NCBI GenBank assembly: GCA_963796105.1 | Contig: CAWCKJ010000004.1 | Span: 800,001 to 864,000 of the forward strand | DNA: 64,000 bases | Direction of reading: 5' to 3' | DNA from: a candidate division FCPU426 bacterium | GTDB lineage: Bacteria; Oederibacteriota; Muellerivitia; Muellerivitales; Muellerivitaceae | Shown: positions 11,201 to 20,567 of the stretch, piece by piece | How the letters are laid out: each line of letters begins with the position of its first letter | Position numbering within the stretch: position 1 is the first letter of the stretch | Made by a program: the position numbers and the translations under genes | The notes under the pieces: model-generated | Told to the model about the DNA's origin: nothing | The model's input: only the letters and a program-made list of their open reading frames with translations | Databases searched by the model: none

Positions 11201-11443
11201 GCGGGCATGCTTCCGGTCGCGATGGCCCTGACCGAGATTGGAAAATTCCGGCAATCGATGGGGATCGCGATGGAAGGGGGCCTCATTAGTTCCTTGGTCT
11301 TGACGCTCATCATCATTCCCTCGAGTTTCGGCTACGTGGACGATTTCCGGTTGTGGATTCGCAGGATTTCAGGGGAGGAGGAGGACGATCTCGCGCCGAA
11401 ACCGGATCATCCAAGCGTAGTTTCAACAGACAAACCAGGATGA
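8258..11443 (+). CDS. RND efflux permease (AcrB/AcrD/AcrF family), copy 2
   Basis: 1061 aa; same motifs; close paralog of the preceding gene. Confidence 0.95.
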   Translation: MNLPKLAVERPVFMSCVVILLLVLGVMAYSTMAVDLFPDVSFPFVIVTTPYQGASPEEIETQVSKPMEDEFSTIQGVKKVTSNNQEGYSVVMVQFNMDADVKDSEQQVKDHLSFVRTTLPKDIDEPIVRRLDPSALPVAQLSLSSTLPPAQAYDLADQVIKPQLAQVEGVGVINIQGGRKREIQVQLDRGLLNRFHISASQVATRIGMNGMNVPVGKVQVAGRDLLFRSVGQYEDLDRLRQTSVNFMGSDVSVPVERLGKVVDTVEDAQGYSFINGQSALIIQIVKQSKANTVAVVDALTKRISKINESLKGRPGSPRLDMFQDMAWYIRMNLQDVKFTILQGILLTILVVFLFLGSFRSTLITITALPVSLFGAFFLMNGVGFTLNMMTFLALSLAVGLLIDDAIVVRENIWRHIEEGTEPKKAAVEAALEVALAVVATSSVVIAVFMPISFLSGLVGQFFRQFGLTVCFAMSISLFEAMVMGPLLSAFWGKKRGKGFSLIDYLDHLFAPFLAKFGRFQDFLQEVYSKVIDACLKHRFLVILGAVLIFLCSLGLLPLMKVTFKPSADVGQFAVYLMADPATSLETMRDKTLEIEKLVRKHPEVALVADSIGGSTATGADQGSNKSNLYILMKPADQRHIDTAGLKEILRKELEPYTKELSPQVADYDPIMNQAPFTLNLIGEDYSVLAPYALQVVEKVKSIPGLADVQSTFNGGKPEFQAKLDPVKLKNLGVSGLEAGGELRTQVEGATPAKFRQGGLDYFIRVRLQEDQRNLQKEFPKVLVPNQNGNLVRLSDIADPVTTEGPSEIDRENRARYIQITGQLTPGGSLGNVLRDGKKILQSMQMPKGVSYEFVGQAEDFHDLLVNMAIAVGLAMLFTYMILASLYESPIFPFAIMLPIPMAMIGALAALYAGGLFIPYVNLSLFSMIAIIMLMGLVTKNSILLIDYTLQMMRKGMPRDEALKAAGRVRLRPILMTTFALIAGMLPVAMALTEIGKFRQSMGIAMEGGLISSLVLTLIIIPSSFGYVDDFRLWIRRISGEEEDDLAPKPDHPSVVSTDKPG

Positions 11444-11599
11444 GGCGGGAAAAGGCCAACATGAACTCTGGGAGCTTTACTTTTCAAATGACGGTTTTAT
11501 GGAAGAATGGACTACTACATAACTATAATATGAGGTGTTATTTATTACGCATTCCGAATTTCCCGGAAAATATTAAATATTTACGAATGAGGCTTTTAA

Positions 11600-12622
11600 A
11601 TGGTCGCTAGAACCAATACCTACCATTCAACACCGAGGTTCGAATTCCCCTCCCGCTCCGGTTTTTATCCCTCTGAATGGCTGGCGATCTTCATTTTATT
11701 GGGGTTATCCTTTATCGCCCTGGCTGTTTATCCCACCAGTCAGGCCGGAACAACCAAGACCCTCCTCATTTCTTTGTTCCACCTTTCCCTCTGGTCCATT
11801 TGGCTCGCCTTCACCTTCTCCCGATGGGGGAAAAAACCTTTCTTCCATTTCTTCCGGGGTTTTGGGCCCTGGGTGGCCGTTGCCCTCTGTTATGGCCTGA
11901 TGAGGTACCTGGTTCCCTTGGTCCATTCCTCCCATTTCGACTTGGCTTTCCGGGATTGTGAACAATGGATCTGGGGTTTGGACGCTTCCCGCCTCTGCGC
12001 GAATTTGGCGAGCCCCTCCTGGACTGGTTTTTTCTGCCTTTTATACTTGGGTGTTTTTCCCTGGCTCGCCTTGTTCTTCCTTTATTACCGGTTGCGTCAC
12101 GTTGAATTGTTCGAACGTGTCATGATCGGACTCCTGTTGATTTACATGGGCGGATTCCTGGGCTATATGGCTTTCCCGGCTGAGGGGCCCCGCTACGCCT
12201 TTCCGGGGGATTGGAACTGGCTGGGAACAGGCCGGATTCCCGCCCTGACCAACGGGGTGGTGGGCCACATGGGGTCCCACTTGGATGTCTTCCCGAGCCT
12301 GCATGCGGCTTTTGTGGTTTATCTGCTTCTCTGGCAGGCCGAATCCCATAAAAAAACCCTGTTTTGGGCGGCTCCCCTGGCGGTGGGAGTTTGGATTTCA
12401 ACGATTTATTTGGGTTTCCACTATTTCCCTGATTTCATCGGGGGTTGGGCCTTGGGAGTCCTGGCCTTTATCACAGCCCCTTGGTTCGAGGGAAAATTGG
12501 AAAGTTTGAACAAATGGGTCTTCGATTCGTTGAGGGAGGCCTATAAAAACCGCCCGGGTGAAGTCGCCCCCGAAGCCATGGAAAACTCCAGCCTGGACCG
12601 GCCTTTGGACGCGGAAGGTTAA
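11600..12622 (+). CDS. PAP2 superfamily membrane protein (Aur1/IPC synthase-like, PAP2_3)
   Basis: YMAFPAEGPRY, FPSLH and HYFPD motifs; multiple TM helices. Confidence 0.8.
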   Translation: MVARTNTYHSTPRFEFPSRSGFYPSEWLAIFILLGLSFIALAVYPTSQAGTTKTLLISLFHLSLWSIWLAFTFSRWGKKPFFHFFRGFGPWVAVALCYGLMRYLVPLVHSSHFDLAFRDCEQWIWGLDASRLCANLASPSWTGFFCLLYLGVFPWLALFFLYYRLRHVELFERVMIGLLLIYMGGFLGYMAFPAEGPRYAFPGDWNWLGTGRIPALTNGVVGHMGSHLDVFPSLHAAFVVYLLLWQAESHKKTLFWAAPLAVGVWISTIYLGFHYFPDFIGGWALGVLAFITAPWFEGKLESLNKWVFDSLREAYKNRPGEVAPEAMENSSLDRPLDAEG

Positions 12623-12629
12623 GATTCCG

Positions 12630-14888
12630 TTATTCCAGCGGGACACCCGGCACGAGCCCCTTTTGCGCCTTCCGGTACTCCTCCAATGGGATTTCGAAAA
12701 TATTCAGGAACTTCTCGTTCCAAAGATTCCTCGTCTGGGTCCAAACCGCGTTCGGGTAGCATTTCATCACCACTTCCGGCCTCCAGATTTGCCTTACATC
12801 CTGGCAAATCAGGACCACATCCCTTGAGGCGGGATTGCGCAGGGGAAATTCCTGCTGATCCGGCAGGACCGTGAACTTCATTTCCATTCCATAATGACTC
12901 AAGAATCTCAGGACGGGAGAATCGGTATCGCCAGGCACCACCACCTGGCACCTGGGATAATAACTTTTCACGGTCTTGGAAATATCCAGGTGGATACCCC
13001 AGACGCTCCAGGTCTCATGACAATGCGGGAAACTGTAGAAGCAAATCACCGCGTTGAAACAAGTGGAGAAGATTAAACCCAAAGCCAAGATTGTGTTGCG
13101 CCAGCGTTCCAGGCGTGGGCGCAATCCCGCGAATACTTGCTCCGCGGCCACCAGCCCCCTGGCCACCGCCAGGAACGCGAAAGGCAGGCAGAGAAAATGC
13201 CGGATGGAGTAAAGATAATTGGGGGTCGGATCCTGATCCGAGCAGGCGTAGGCGTTGGCCAAGAGGCTGAAAAACAATCCCGAGATCCAGTACCAGTTGA
13301 AACGGCCGCGCCATCCACCTGAGACGATCGACGTGAATCCGATCAGGAATAGGACACCCGCGAAGGGATCCAGGTGGGGATTGTGGGGCTGGTTGAAGCA
13401 GTCGTCGCTGTCGTAGTTGGGCCAGAAGATGGCGAGAAAGGTGTAGCCGAGCCTGGCTAAAACAAGAAGAGCCCGCCCCACTTTTCCCGGGCCATTCATG
13501 ATGTTCAACTCCTGGAGGTGGCTGAAAAACATTCCGGGCTCAAGGTAAGCCCTGTGGAGAAAGGGCCCAGCCATCCAAAGGAAACCCAGCAATGCCAGGG
13601 CTCCCGTCCAAAAATGTTTTTGGAGTTTTCCCTTTTCCCCGGTAAAAAGCGCGCAACCCGCCAAGGCCCCTCCCGCCATGAGCGGAACCATCCTCCCGGG
13701 GAAATAAGACATGAAGCACACGGCGCTGAAAATTCCAGCCCAGATGAAACGGCCTGGCCGTCCTTCCCGGAAACCTTTCTCCAGGAAATAAAAGGCGCAC
13801 AGCTCAATGAAAACAATAAACGTATTCAGCCAAATGTCGAAACTCCAGAACAGGTGCCACCAGCTGATGGAGAAAAGGAAGGCCGTAGCCAGGGAGACAG
13901 CCTGGCTGAAGAAGAGCCGGCATAGCCGGAAAAATACGTAAACTGACAGCACGGCGAATAGGCAGGGCATGATCCGACCCGTGTCCAATCCCGGCCCGAA
14001 AACCTTGAATGCCGCGGCGGTAAAATAATGCCCCAGGGCGCACCAGGGGCCCCACACGATATCGTAGGGGTTGTGATTCTCCCCCTTCCAAATGCTGATT
14101 CCCGCGGAAAGTTGGGCCGCCTCGTCATGGTTGAAACCGAGGAAATTCCGGTGAAGGAATGGAAAGCGGATCAGGACGCTGACGGTAAGAACTAGTCCCA
14201 GCAGGATCTTCTCCCTGGGTCCGGATTCAAGCGCGGGGGGCTGGAATTTACTCCCCCTCACTTTCAAGTAAATCCAAGCCGCCAGGGCCGCCGCCCAAAC
14301 CAAAAGGGCGATGATGAGAAGGTTGAGCCAGAATAGAACGAAGGATAAAACCAGCAGTCCCAAAAAGAGGGAGCCTTCCCGGGCCCAAGAGATAATCCCC
14401 TCTTTTATCCGGTACATTTTTCCCGTTTGCTCGGTGATTTGAGGTTGAAGAGGTTTGGAAGTCTTGGCCGGGCCTAGTTTCAAGGGGAGACTCGCCGCCG
14501 GTTGCGGGCTTTGGGGACTTTTTATGAATCCGGAAGCGTTTTCCAAAAAAGGCTCCAGGGGCGGAACCGCCTTGAAAAGCAGGCCCAGGGATAGGGCTTG
14601 AAGGACGCTTCCCCAAAGCCATTGGGCCTCATACACGAAATGACTGGTTCCGTACCATCCGCAAACAACGGACGCGGCAAGGAAAAGCCAGTTGGTCTTG
14701 GGAGATACCCCCGATATAGGTGGGTACGGAGAAACCGGGGCGGGCATTTTTGAGAAGTGGAAAGCCAGCCAGATGCAAAGCGCGGTAGGCAGCAGAAGCA
14801 GCCTGTCGAAAAAGAAATAAGCCGCCAAGGCGCTGAATAAAAGCCTGAATAAAAAAGCCAAAGGTCCTCCATCCCCTGGATTGGTCAA
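12630..14888 (-). CDS. GT-C fold glycosyltransferase (GT39/ArnT/PMT_2-like) membrane protein
   Basis: Polytopic; IRFP...GFNHDEA acidic loop after a TM helix; LFSISWWHLFWS. Confidence 0.75.
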   Translation of the reverse strand: MTNPGDGGPLAFLFRLLFSALAAYFFFDRLLLLPTALCIWLAFHFSKMPAPVSPYPPISGVSPKTNWLFLAASVVCGWYGTSHFVYEAQWLWGSVLQALSLGLLFKAVPPLEPFLENASGFIKSPQSPQPAASLPLKLGPAKTSKPLQPQITEQTGKMYRIKEGIISWAREGSLFLGLLVLSFVLFWLNLLIIALLVWAAALAAWIYLKVRGSKFQPPALESGPREKILLGLVLTVSVLIRFPFLHRNFLGFNHDEAAQLSAGISIWKGENHNPYDIVWGPWCALGHYFTAAAFKVFGPGLDTGRIMPCLFAVLSVYVFFRLCRLFFSQAVSLATAFLFSISWWHLFWSFDIWLNTFIVFIELCAFYFLEKGFREGRPGRFIWAGIFSAVCFMSYFPGRMVPLMAGGALAGCALFTGEKGKLQKHFWTGALALLGFLWMAGPFLHRAYLEPGMFFSHLQELNIMNGPGKVGRALLVLARLGYTFLAIFWPNYDSDDCFNQPHNPHLDPFAGVLFLIGFTSIVSGGWRGRFNWYWISGLFFSLLANAYACSDQDPTPNYLYSIRHFLCLPFAFLAVARGLVAAEQVFAGLRPRLERWRNTILALGLIFSTCFNAVICFYSFPHCHETWSVWGIHLDISKTVKSYYPRCQVVVPGDTDSPVLRFLSHYGMEMKFTVLPDQQEFPLRNPASRDVVLICQDVRQIWRPEVVMKCYPNAVWTQTRNLWNEKFLNIFEIPLEEYRKAQKGLVPGVPLE

Positions 14889-14968
14889 TCAAAAACCCGC
14901 GGAGAAAAAATCATCCAATGTATTTTAAGGAAAATGAACCTAAACGGATAGGAAGTCCCAACCGGGCC

Positions 14969-16867
14969 TTAATGGCTCTTGTTTCCATCGCGGTCATGGC
15001 CCTGTCCCTGGCGGAAAAAAGGTTTGTGGGATGAGCCGGGATGACTTTTCCTGGGAAAACCCCCGCCCGGCTTTCCCCCCTGTCTTGGCCGTCCCTTGAA
15101 TCCGGGACGCCTGGGGAAGAAACCCTCGGGTTTGCGCTCCCAATTTTCCCGGAAAGGCTTGGTCGGCTGGCGGTCATCCAACGGCGCTCCCCCGCCCGAA
15201 GGGGAGTTGGGGCCCTTTTCAGGTCCATGATAAATGAAGGTTTGCCTCTCGGCTCCGGGACGCGCTTCCCCGAATTTCCGGTAATGCTGGTCTGAACGCC
15301 GCTGGTGGCGTCCGTCAGGATGGCGTTCCTTTGGAATGCGGTCTTTTTGCCAAGGCTTGGGAGCGTGCCCCCCCGGGATTTCAGCCCGGTCGTAGCGGTT
15401 GCGGTTCCTGTCTGGATTCGGCCTGGGGCCGTTGAAATTTCCGCTCCTAGCCGGGTCAAAGGTCCTTTTCGGCTTGAAGCGATCCCAGGGCCGTCCCTGG
15501 TTCTCCCGGCGCGTATCTTGGAAAGGCGCGGGACGCCGGTGGGGCCGGAATTCCTCCCGCCTGCGGTTCGGATCGGAATTTTCCAATCGTCCTGGCCCCG
15601 CCCCGGGCCGGCCCCGGTTACCTCCCGCAAACCCTCCCGGCCTTCCCTCGCGGCCCTGTTGTCTAGGTTGGCTCCGAAAATCACCGCGCGGAACGGACGG
15701 CCTCGAAGGGGCGGCGGGATGGGACGCAGATGCCGCTGGCGGCGCGTCCTTCGCGCGGGATGGCTGGGTTTGAATAGTGTTTCTCGGCACTTTCATCAAT
15801 TTCAGGATTCTTTCCCAAAGAGCGTTGTCTTCCCCGGTTAAAAAACAAAGGGAAGACCCCTCGGCCCCGGCACGGGCGGTCCGCCCCACCCGGTGAATGT
15901 AGTCCTCCGGGTTGCGGGGCAGGTCGTAATTGATCACGTGCGCGATATGGTGGATGTCCAGCCCCCGCGCGGCCAAGTCGGTTGCCACCAGGACCCGGTA
16001 ACGGCCCTCGCGGAAATGATCCATGGCCTGCCTTCTCTGGGATTGGCTGCGCCCCCCGTGGACCCTCGTGGCCTTGAAACCCTGGTCCTTGAGGCGAGTC
16101 AGGATCCGGTCTACCCGCCTTTGGGTCCTGGCGAAAACCAGGACTGATCCCTCCCGCGCGTTCAATTCCGCCGCGAGCTCCCGGTCTTTTGCGGATTCAA
16201 GGGTGTAAAGCACCCTTTGGGCGATGGTGGAGACAGGCTGGGTGCTGGATCCCACTTCGATCCTGACGGGATCCTTCAAATAACGGGAAGCCATGGACTT
16301 GATATCCGGGGGAATGGTGGCCGAGAAAAGGAGCGTCTGGCGGTCGGGGGAAAGTTTTCCGCGGATTTCCTCCAGCTGAGGCTCGAATCCCATATCCAGC
16401 ATCCGGTCCGCCTCATCCAGGACCAGGATCCCGACGCGGGCCAGGGAAAGGGTGCCGCGTTTCAAGTGGTCGATGATGCGACCGGGGGTTCCGATGATAA
16501 GCCGGGGTTTGCGCGCGAGCGCGGAAAGCTGGGGGCCCATCGCGTCGCCACCGATCAGCAGGGCCGATATGCCCGCGGGGTTCCCGCCGGAAAGATTCCT
16601 GAGGACCCCGGAAACCTGGATGGCCAATTCCCGAGTGGGCGTCAGTACGAGGGCGCAGCGGTCCTGCTTGGCGTCCAAGTAAGCCAGAAGGGGGATGCCG
16701 AAAGCCGCAGTCTTTCCGGTTCCCGTCTGGGCGGAAGCCACCACGTCCCTGCCTAAAAGCGCCGCGGGAATAGCCTGGGCCTGGACCGGCATGGGCTTGG
16801 TGAATTTCATTCTCTGGAGGGACGATGTCAAAAAAGCAGGCAGATTCAACTCTTGAAAACTTTCCAT
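14969..16867 (-). CDS. DEAD-box RNA helicase with a long R/G/P-rich C-terminal tail
   Basis: Q motif, AQTGTGKT, PTRELA, DEAD, SAT, HRVGRTAR. Start taken at MESFQEL. Confidence 0.95.
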   Translation of the reverse strand: MESFQELNLPAFLTSSLQRMKFTKPMPVQAQAIPAALLGRDVVASAQTGTGKTAAFGIPLLAYLDAKQDRCALVLTPTRELAIQVSGVLRNLSGGNPAGISALLIGGDAMGPQLSALARKPRLIIGTPGRIIDHLKRGTLSLARVGILVLDEADRMLDMGFEPQLEEIRGKLSPDRQTLLFSATIPPDIKSMASRYLKDPVRIEVGSSTQPVSTIAQRVLYTLESAKDRELAAELNAREGSVLVFARTQRRVDRILTRLKDQGFKATRVHGGRSQSQRRQAMDHFREGRYRVLVATDLAARGLDIHHIAHVINYDLPRNPEDYIHRVGRTARAGAEGSSLCFLTGEDNALWERILKLMKVPRNTIQTQPSRAKDAPPAASASHPAAPSRPSVPRGDFRSQPRQQGREGRPGGFAGGNRGRPGAGPGRLENSDPNRRREEFRPHRRPAPFQDTRRENQGRPWDRFKPKRTFDPARSGNFNGPRPNPDRNRNRYDRAEIPGGHAPKPWQKDRIPKERHPDGRHQRRSDQHYRKFGEARPGAERQTFIYHGPEKGPNSPSGGGAPLDDRQPTKPFRENWERKPEGFFPRRPGFKGRPRQGGKPGGGFPRKSHPGSSHKPFFRQGQGHDRDGNKSH

Positions 16868-16999
16868 GATTTCCTTTTCTGGTTTATTTACTGGGGAATG
16901 GGGGGTTGGGCCGGTCTCAGTTTCCCTTAAACCAGGTTGTTTTTCCATCCATTTCCCTCATTAATTGAAAGGTACTTTTCTTCCTGCCCGGCCCCAACT

Positions 17000-18289
17000 T
17001 CAACGAACCAGGAGAATCCGCCTCATTTGAGTCTGAAAAGGCTCGGCGAGGTAGAGAATATAGACTCCGCTGGCGCAGGAATCTCCGTAGGCATTGGTCC
17101 CATCCCAGGTGTAGGAGCGGGCGATCGGGGCGTTGAGGTATTGCTCATCCAGCGTTTTCACCCTTTCCCCCGCTGAGTTGTAGATCCAAAAGCCGTAATT
17201 GCCAGGATAGCTCGGGTAGGCCACAAAGATGGAAACAGGCCCCTGCGCCGGAAGGAGAAGATTTTTTGATACGGTAAAAGCTATTTGCGGGGTGGCGGTA
17301 GGGGTGCAGGTGTTTCCCGGCCAGCCGCAAGGCGTGGCTGTGTTGGTGAGCGTAAAAGTGGAAGTGGGGGTGAAAGTCTGCGTAGGCGTTCCGGTTTCAG
17401 TGGGGGTATTCGTAATAGTGGGTGAGTAGGTCCAGGTAAGGGTGAATGTAGGGGTCCGGGAGAAGGTCGGGGTCTTGGTGGGCGTGGGTGTCTTGGTCAG
17501 GGTGGGTGTCCAGGTGGATGTAAAGGTGTAAGTGGGAGTACGGGTATTGGTGGGAGTGGCGGTGGGAGTAGGGGTAATGGTGTCGGTCGGGGTGGAAGTG
17601 GGAGTGGAAGTCGCCGTGGGAAGGGGAGTGGGAAGGGTAATCACCTGACGCCAGTAAAGGATACCGCAATATTCAGCGGTGGCAGCGGCGCTGTAGGAAA
17701 TAGGGACAATAGTAACGCCCGTGGAGGGATTAGTAATGCGATGAGCGTAGGTTGAGCCGGTGACGACGACTCCGGTTTGATCGAAATATCCCGCGGGCGG
17801 ACTGTAACTTACCGAGGTCCAATCGTTATTGCCGCCGTCCAGGGGAGGAGGCGAGTCCCCGACGCAGGTAGTCCCCCCATTGGGATCCCAATAAAGGGAG
17901 AGTCCCGGAGCTGCGGGATTTTCGCTGGTAGTCACCACGTCCCCTCCGCCCTGACAGGTAAAATCCAAGGCCCAGGAACTGAAAACCTGTACGGGGTTGT
18001 TATTGATGGTTTCCACCGCCAGGGTCAATCCTGGTCCCGTGAGGGCCTCCGGGGGCAATGTCAAGGGCCCTGATGGGGTGCACCCGTTGCCGCAGAAGGA
18101 GACCGACCCCACGTAAACCCCGTTCACCCAAACCATGGTGATGTCGTCTCCGGAGACCCAAATCTGTCCCGTGGTCGGCATGCATTGCGCCCCGGCCCTC
18201 CGGACTTCTAAGGGACTCAGGATCAAGGTGAAAAGAATCAATAGTATTGAAAACTTCAAAGGGAATTTCGTTTTCAGGCCCTTTCTCAT
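17000..18289 (-). CDS. Secreted protein with a Thr/Pro-repeat linker and a C-terminal FlgD-Ig/sorting-like domain
   Basis: Signal peptide; Cys-containing beta-rich N-domain; about 110 aa of TPT repeats; [12 protein letters not shown]...WDGTN...ASGVY C-terminus. Confidence 0.8.
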   Translation of the reverse strand: MRKGLKTKFPLKFSILLILFTLILSPLEVRRAGAQCMPTTGQIWVSGDDITMVWVNGVYVGSVSFCGNGCTPSGPLTLPPEALTGPGLTLAVETINNNPVQVFSSWALDFTCQGGGDVVTTSENPAAPGLSLYWDPNGGTTCVGDSPPPLDGGNNDWTSVSYSPPAGYFDQTGVVVTGSTYAHRITNPSTGVTIVPISYSAAATAEYCGILYWRQVITLPTPLPTATSTPTSTPTDTITPTPTATPTNTRTPTYTFTSTWTPTLTKTPTPTKTPTFSRTPTFTLTWTYSPTITNTPTETGTPTQTFTPTSTFTLTNTATPCGWPGNTCTPTATPQIAFTVSKNLLLPAQGPVSIFVAYPSYPGNYGFWIYNSAGERVKTLDEQYLNAPIARSYTWDGTNAYGDSCASGVYILYLAEPFQTQMRRILLVR

Positions 18290-18490
18290 TTAAGAACTCG
18301 GCCGTCCTCTGGAAGAAGTTTGCAAGTTATCGGAGAAAATTAAATTGACCTCGCGGACGCAAGGGATTAAAGGCGGCGCGGACAATTATCTTCCGCCATT
18401 CAAGGGGCCAAGTAAACTGTCATTCAACTTTAATTCAAGGTTGTTATGACGATTGGATGAAACCGGTTTTTTCAGGACGATATAAAAGTT

Positions 18491-19009
18491 TTAGTTGTCG
18501 CTCAAATTCCAGGCATATTTCACAGGTTTGAAAATCTTTCCCCCGATTTCTAATTCACCGTCATAGGGTTCCAGGACGCCGCCGGTGGACTCGTAAAACC
18601 TGCGGTAGGGATTCTCGGCGAAAACATAAACGACCATTTTATGGAACCCCATTTCCAACAGGTTTTTAACGCAGACATCGAACAATTTCCGGCCGATCCC
18701 CCTACCTTGGAATTCCTTGAGCAGGTAAATGGCGTAAAGTTCCCCCGTGCCTGGTTCCGGGTTTTTGCGTTGCGCGCCCCCGACGATAAACCCAACCACC
18801 TCTTTTTCCTCTTCCGCCACGTAGAAAAATCGGCTCTTGGAACCGCCGGTCATGTCGTCCTCGAACCTCTTGGCGCTGGTTTGGGGGTTCATGCCTTCCA
18901 AATAGGCGTCGGAAACGATCCCCCGATAGGTGGTTTTCCAGCTTTCCACATGGACTTTCCCCATCTGGGGGGCGTCCGATAAGATGGCTTTCCGAATAAT
19001 CATCGTCAT
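18491..19009 (-). CDS. GNAT family N-acetyltransferase
   Basis: QGRGIGRKL motif A; FYESTGG. Confidence 0.9.
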   Translation of the reverse strand: MTMIIRKAILSDAPQMGKVHVESWKTTYRGIVSDAYLEGMNPQTSAKRFEDDMTGGSKSRFFYVAEEEKEVVGFIVGGAQRKNPEPGTGELYAIYLLKEFQGRGIGRKLFDVCVKNLLEMGFHKMVVYVFAENPYRRFYESTGGVLEPYDGELEIGGKIFKPVKYAWNLSDN

Positions 19010-19064
19010 TGCCCGTCGAGAAGCGTTGATTCACGACTTTTATATCACTTAGATATTGCGCTTT

Positions 19065-19328
19065 TTATTCACCAACAAATGTTTTATCTAAGTGCAGGAA
19101 AATCCGCTGGGTTTCTTCCGGGGTAAAGTCGGTCCCGTAAAAACGCGTGAAAAGCCGCCGGCGCATTTCCCGGGGATCGTCCCGGCCCATTTCCCGCTGG
19201 ATCCCAGCCATGGCCAGTTCCTTGGCCGCGGTAAACATCTCACAGCCCATCCGCAGGCGCTCGGCGGGGGGGACTTTTTTCCACATTTCCAAGTAAAGGG
19301 CTTCCATATCCGGGGAGGTATCCGTCAA
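19065..19328 (-). CDS. Small helical protein, probable partner/antitoxin of the adjacent nucleotidyltransferase
   Basis: GGAG RBS and TTG start overlapping the upstream TGA; DTSP...PAERLRMGCEMF pattern. Confidence 0.65.
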   Translation of the reverse strand: MTDTSPDMEALYLEMWKKVPPAERLRMGCEMFTAAKELAMAGIQREMGRDDPREMRRRLFTRFYGTDFTPEETQRIFLHLDKTFVGE

Positions 19329-19873
19329 GGTTTCAACTCCTGAAGCAACGCGTGAACACCGAGCACAATGGCCCATTTATGCAGGTATTCGTCATCCAAT
19401 TTGGGCGATAAAGACAAAAGACTGCGGATGTCCCGCCTTTGGACTTCGGAGCCCGAATCTTTTGACCAAACCAATTTGGAAAGAATCAAGTCTTCCGGGG
19501 ATGTGACAAAAATCCTCGTCCCATCCTTCAAAGCAATGGGCTGCCTCCGGTTGAATTCAACCTTCCGGTACTCGGTGTTCTTCCGAACGATAAAATCCAC
19601 TTTGATCATCCAGGTGTTGTGTATGGCATTGAACATGGATTGCTGTTGAATTGCCTTTTGGATCGCGCTTTCGTCCAGGTAAAAATCCGAGGAAAATGTC
19701 TCGAACAAAAGCCGGGCATCTGATGGCTTTAATTCCACCACGAGGTCGATATCGCGGGTCATCCGGGGTTGGGCGTAAAAGTCCAATGCCGAGGAGCCCG
19801 TGATCATGTAGGGTATTCCGGCTTTCTCGAGCTGGCCGGTAACGAGTTTAATCAATTCAATCTGGTCGTTCAT
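19325..19873 (-). CDS. Nucleotidyltransferase (DUF6036/AbiEii-like minimal NTase)
   Basis: YMITGSSA...PRMTRDIDLVV (GS...DxD) and SPEDLILSKL motifs. Confidence 0.8.
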   Translation of the reverse strand: MNDQIELIKLVTGQLEKAGIPYMITGSSALDFYAQPRMTRDIDLVVELKPSDARLLFETFSSDFYLDESAIQKAIQQQSMFNAIHNTWMIKVDFIVRKNTEYRKVEFNRRQPIALKDGTRIFVTSPEDLILSKLVWSKDSGSEVQRRDIRSLLSLSPKLDDEYLHKWAIVLGVHALLQELKP

Positions 19874-19940
19874 GGATGAATCTTAGCACGGTCCGCCTTG
19901 GGTGGACCGTTGTTTTTATAACCGATAAAGGCGTTCTTCC

Positions 19941-20567
19941 TTATCCCAGGGTTTTCAGGATCGCCGCGGAATCCTCCACGATGAACATCCTCGCCATGTT
20001 CAAAAGGGATCTCTCGTGGGCTTCCTTGTCCATGGACGACACACAGTCGGAAATCACGACCGGATAGAAACCCCTGGCGGCCGCGTCGCGGGCCGAGGCT
20101 TCCACCCCGATTTCGGTCGCGATGCCGGTGAAGAGCAGGGTCTTGATGCCCCGGTTTCGCATCATGGCCTCGAAGTTCGTGCCCAGGAAGATATTGGCCG
20201 TGGGTTTTTCCAGCGTCACGTCGCCAGGTTGAGGTGCCACGGTGGGGGCCACCTCGCGGTCCCTTGACCCCGGCGCCATGAAGACCGGCAGTTTGGCCGG
20301 GTCATCCACCCGGTACCGCTTCATCATCGAGTAGACAGCCCAGGAGGACTGGAATCCCTGGGGCGGGGGAGTGATGAGGGTATAAACCACCGGCATTTTC
20401 CCTCGGAGGGTTTCCACCACCTTTTTCAATTTCTCCAGGAAAATTTCCTTGTTGAAAATCCGGTCCACGAGGCCGTTTTGGACGTCCCAGACCACCAGGC
20501 AGGAGTGGCTGGGGTTGGCGATCTCCCCGAGATTTTCATAGATTTCCATCCCGTTAAAATTCCTCAT
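19941..20567 (-). CDS. Isochorismatase/cysteine hydrolase family protein
   Basis: LVVWDVQN and TGIATEIGVEASARDA motifs. Confidence 0.88.
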   Translation of the reverse strand: MRNFNGMEIYENLGEIANPSHSCLVVWDVQNGLVDRIFNKEIFLEKLKKVVETLRGKMPVVYTLITPPPQGFQSSWAVYSMMKRYRVDDPAKLPVFMAPGSRDREVAPTVAPQPGDVTLEKPTANIFLGTNFEAMMRNRGIKTLLFTGIATEIGVEASARDAAARGFYPVVISDCVSSMDKEAHERSLLNMARMFIVEDSAAILKTLG

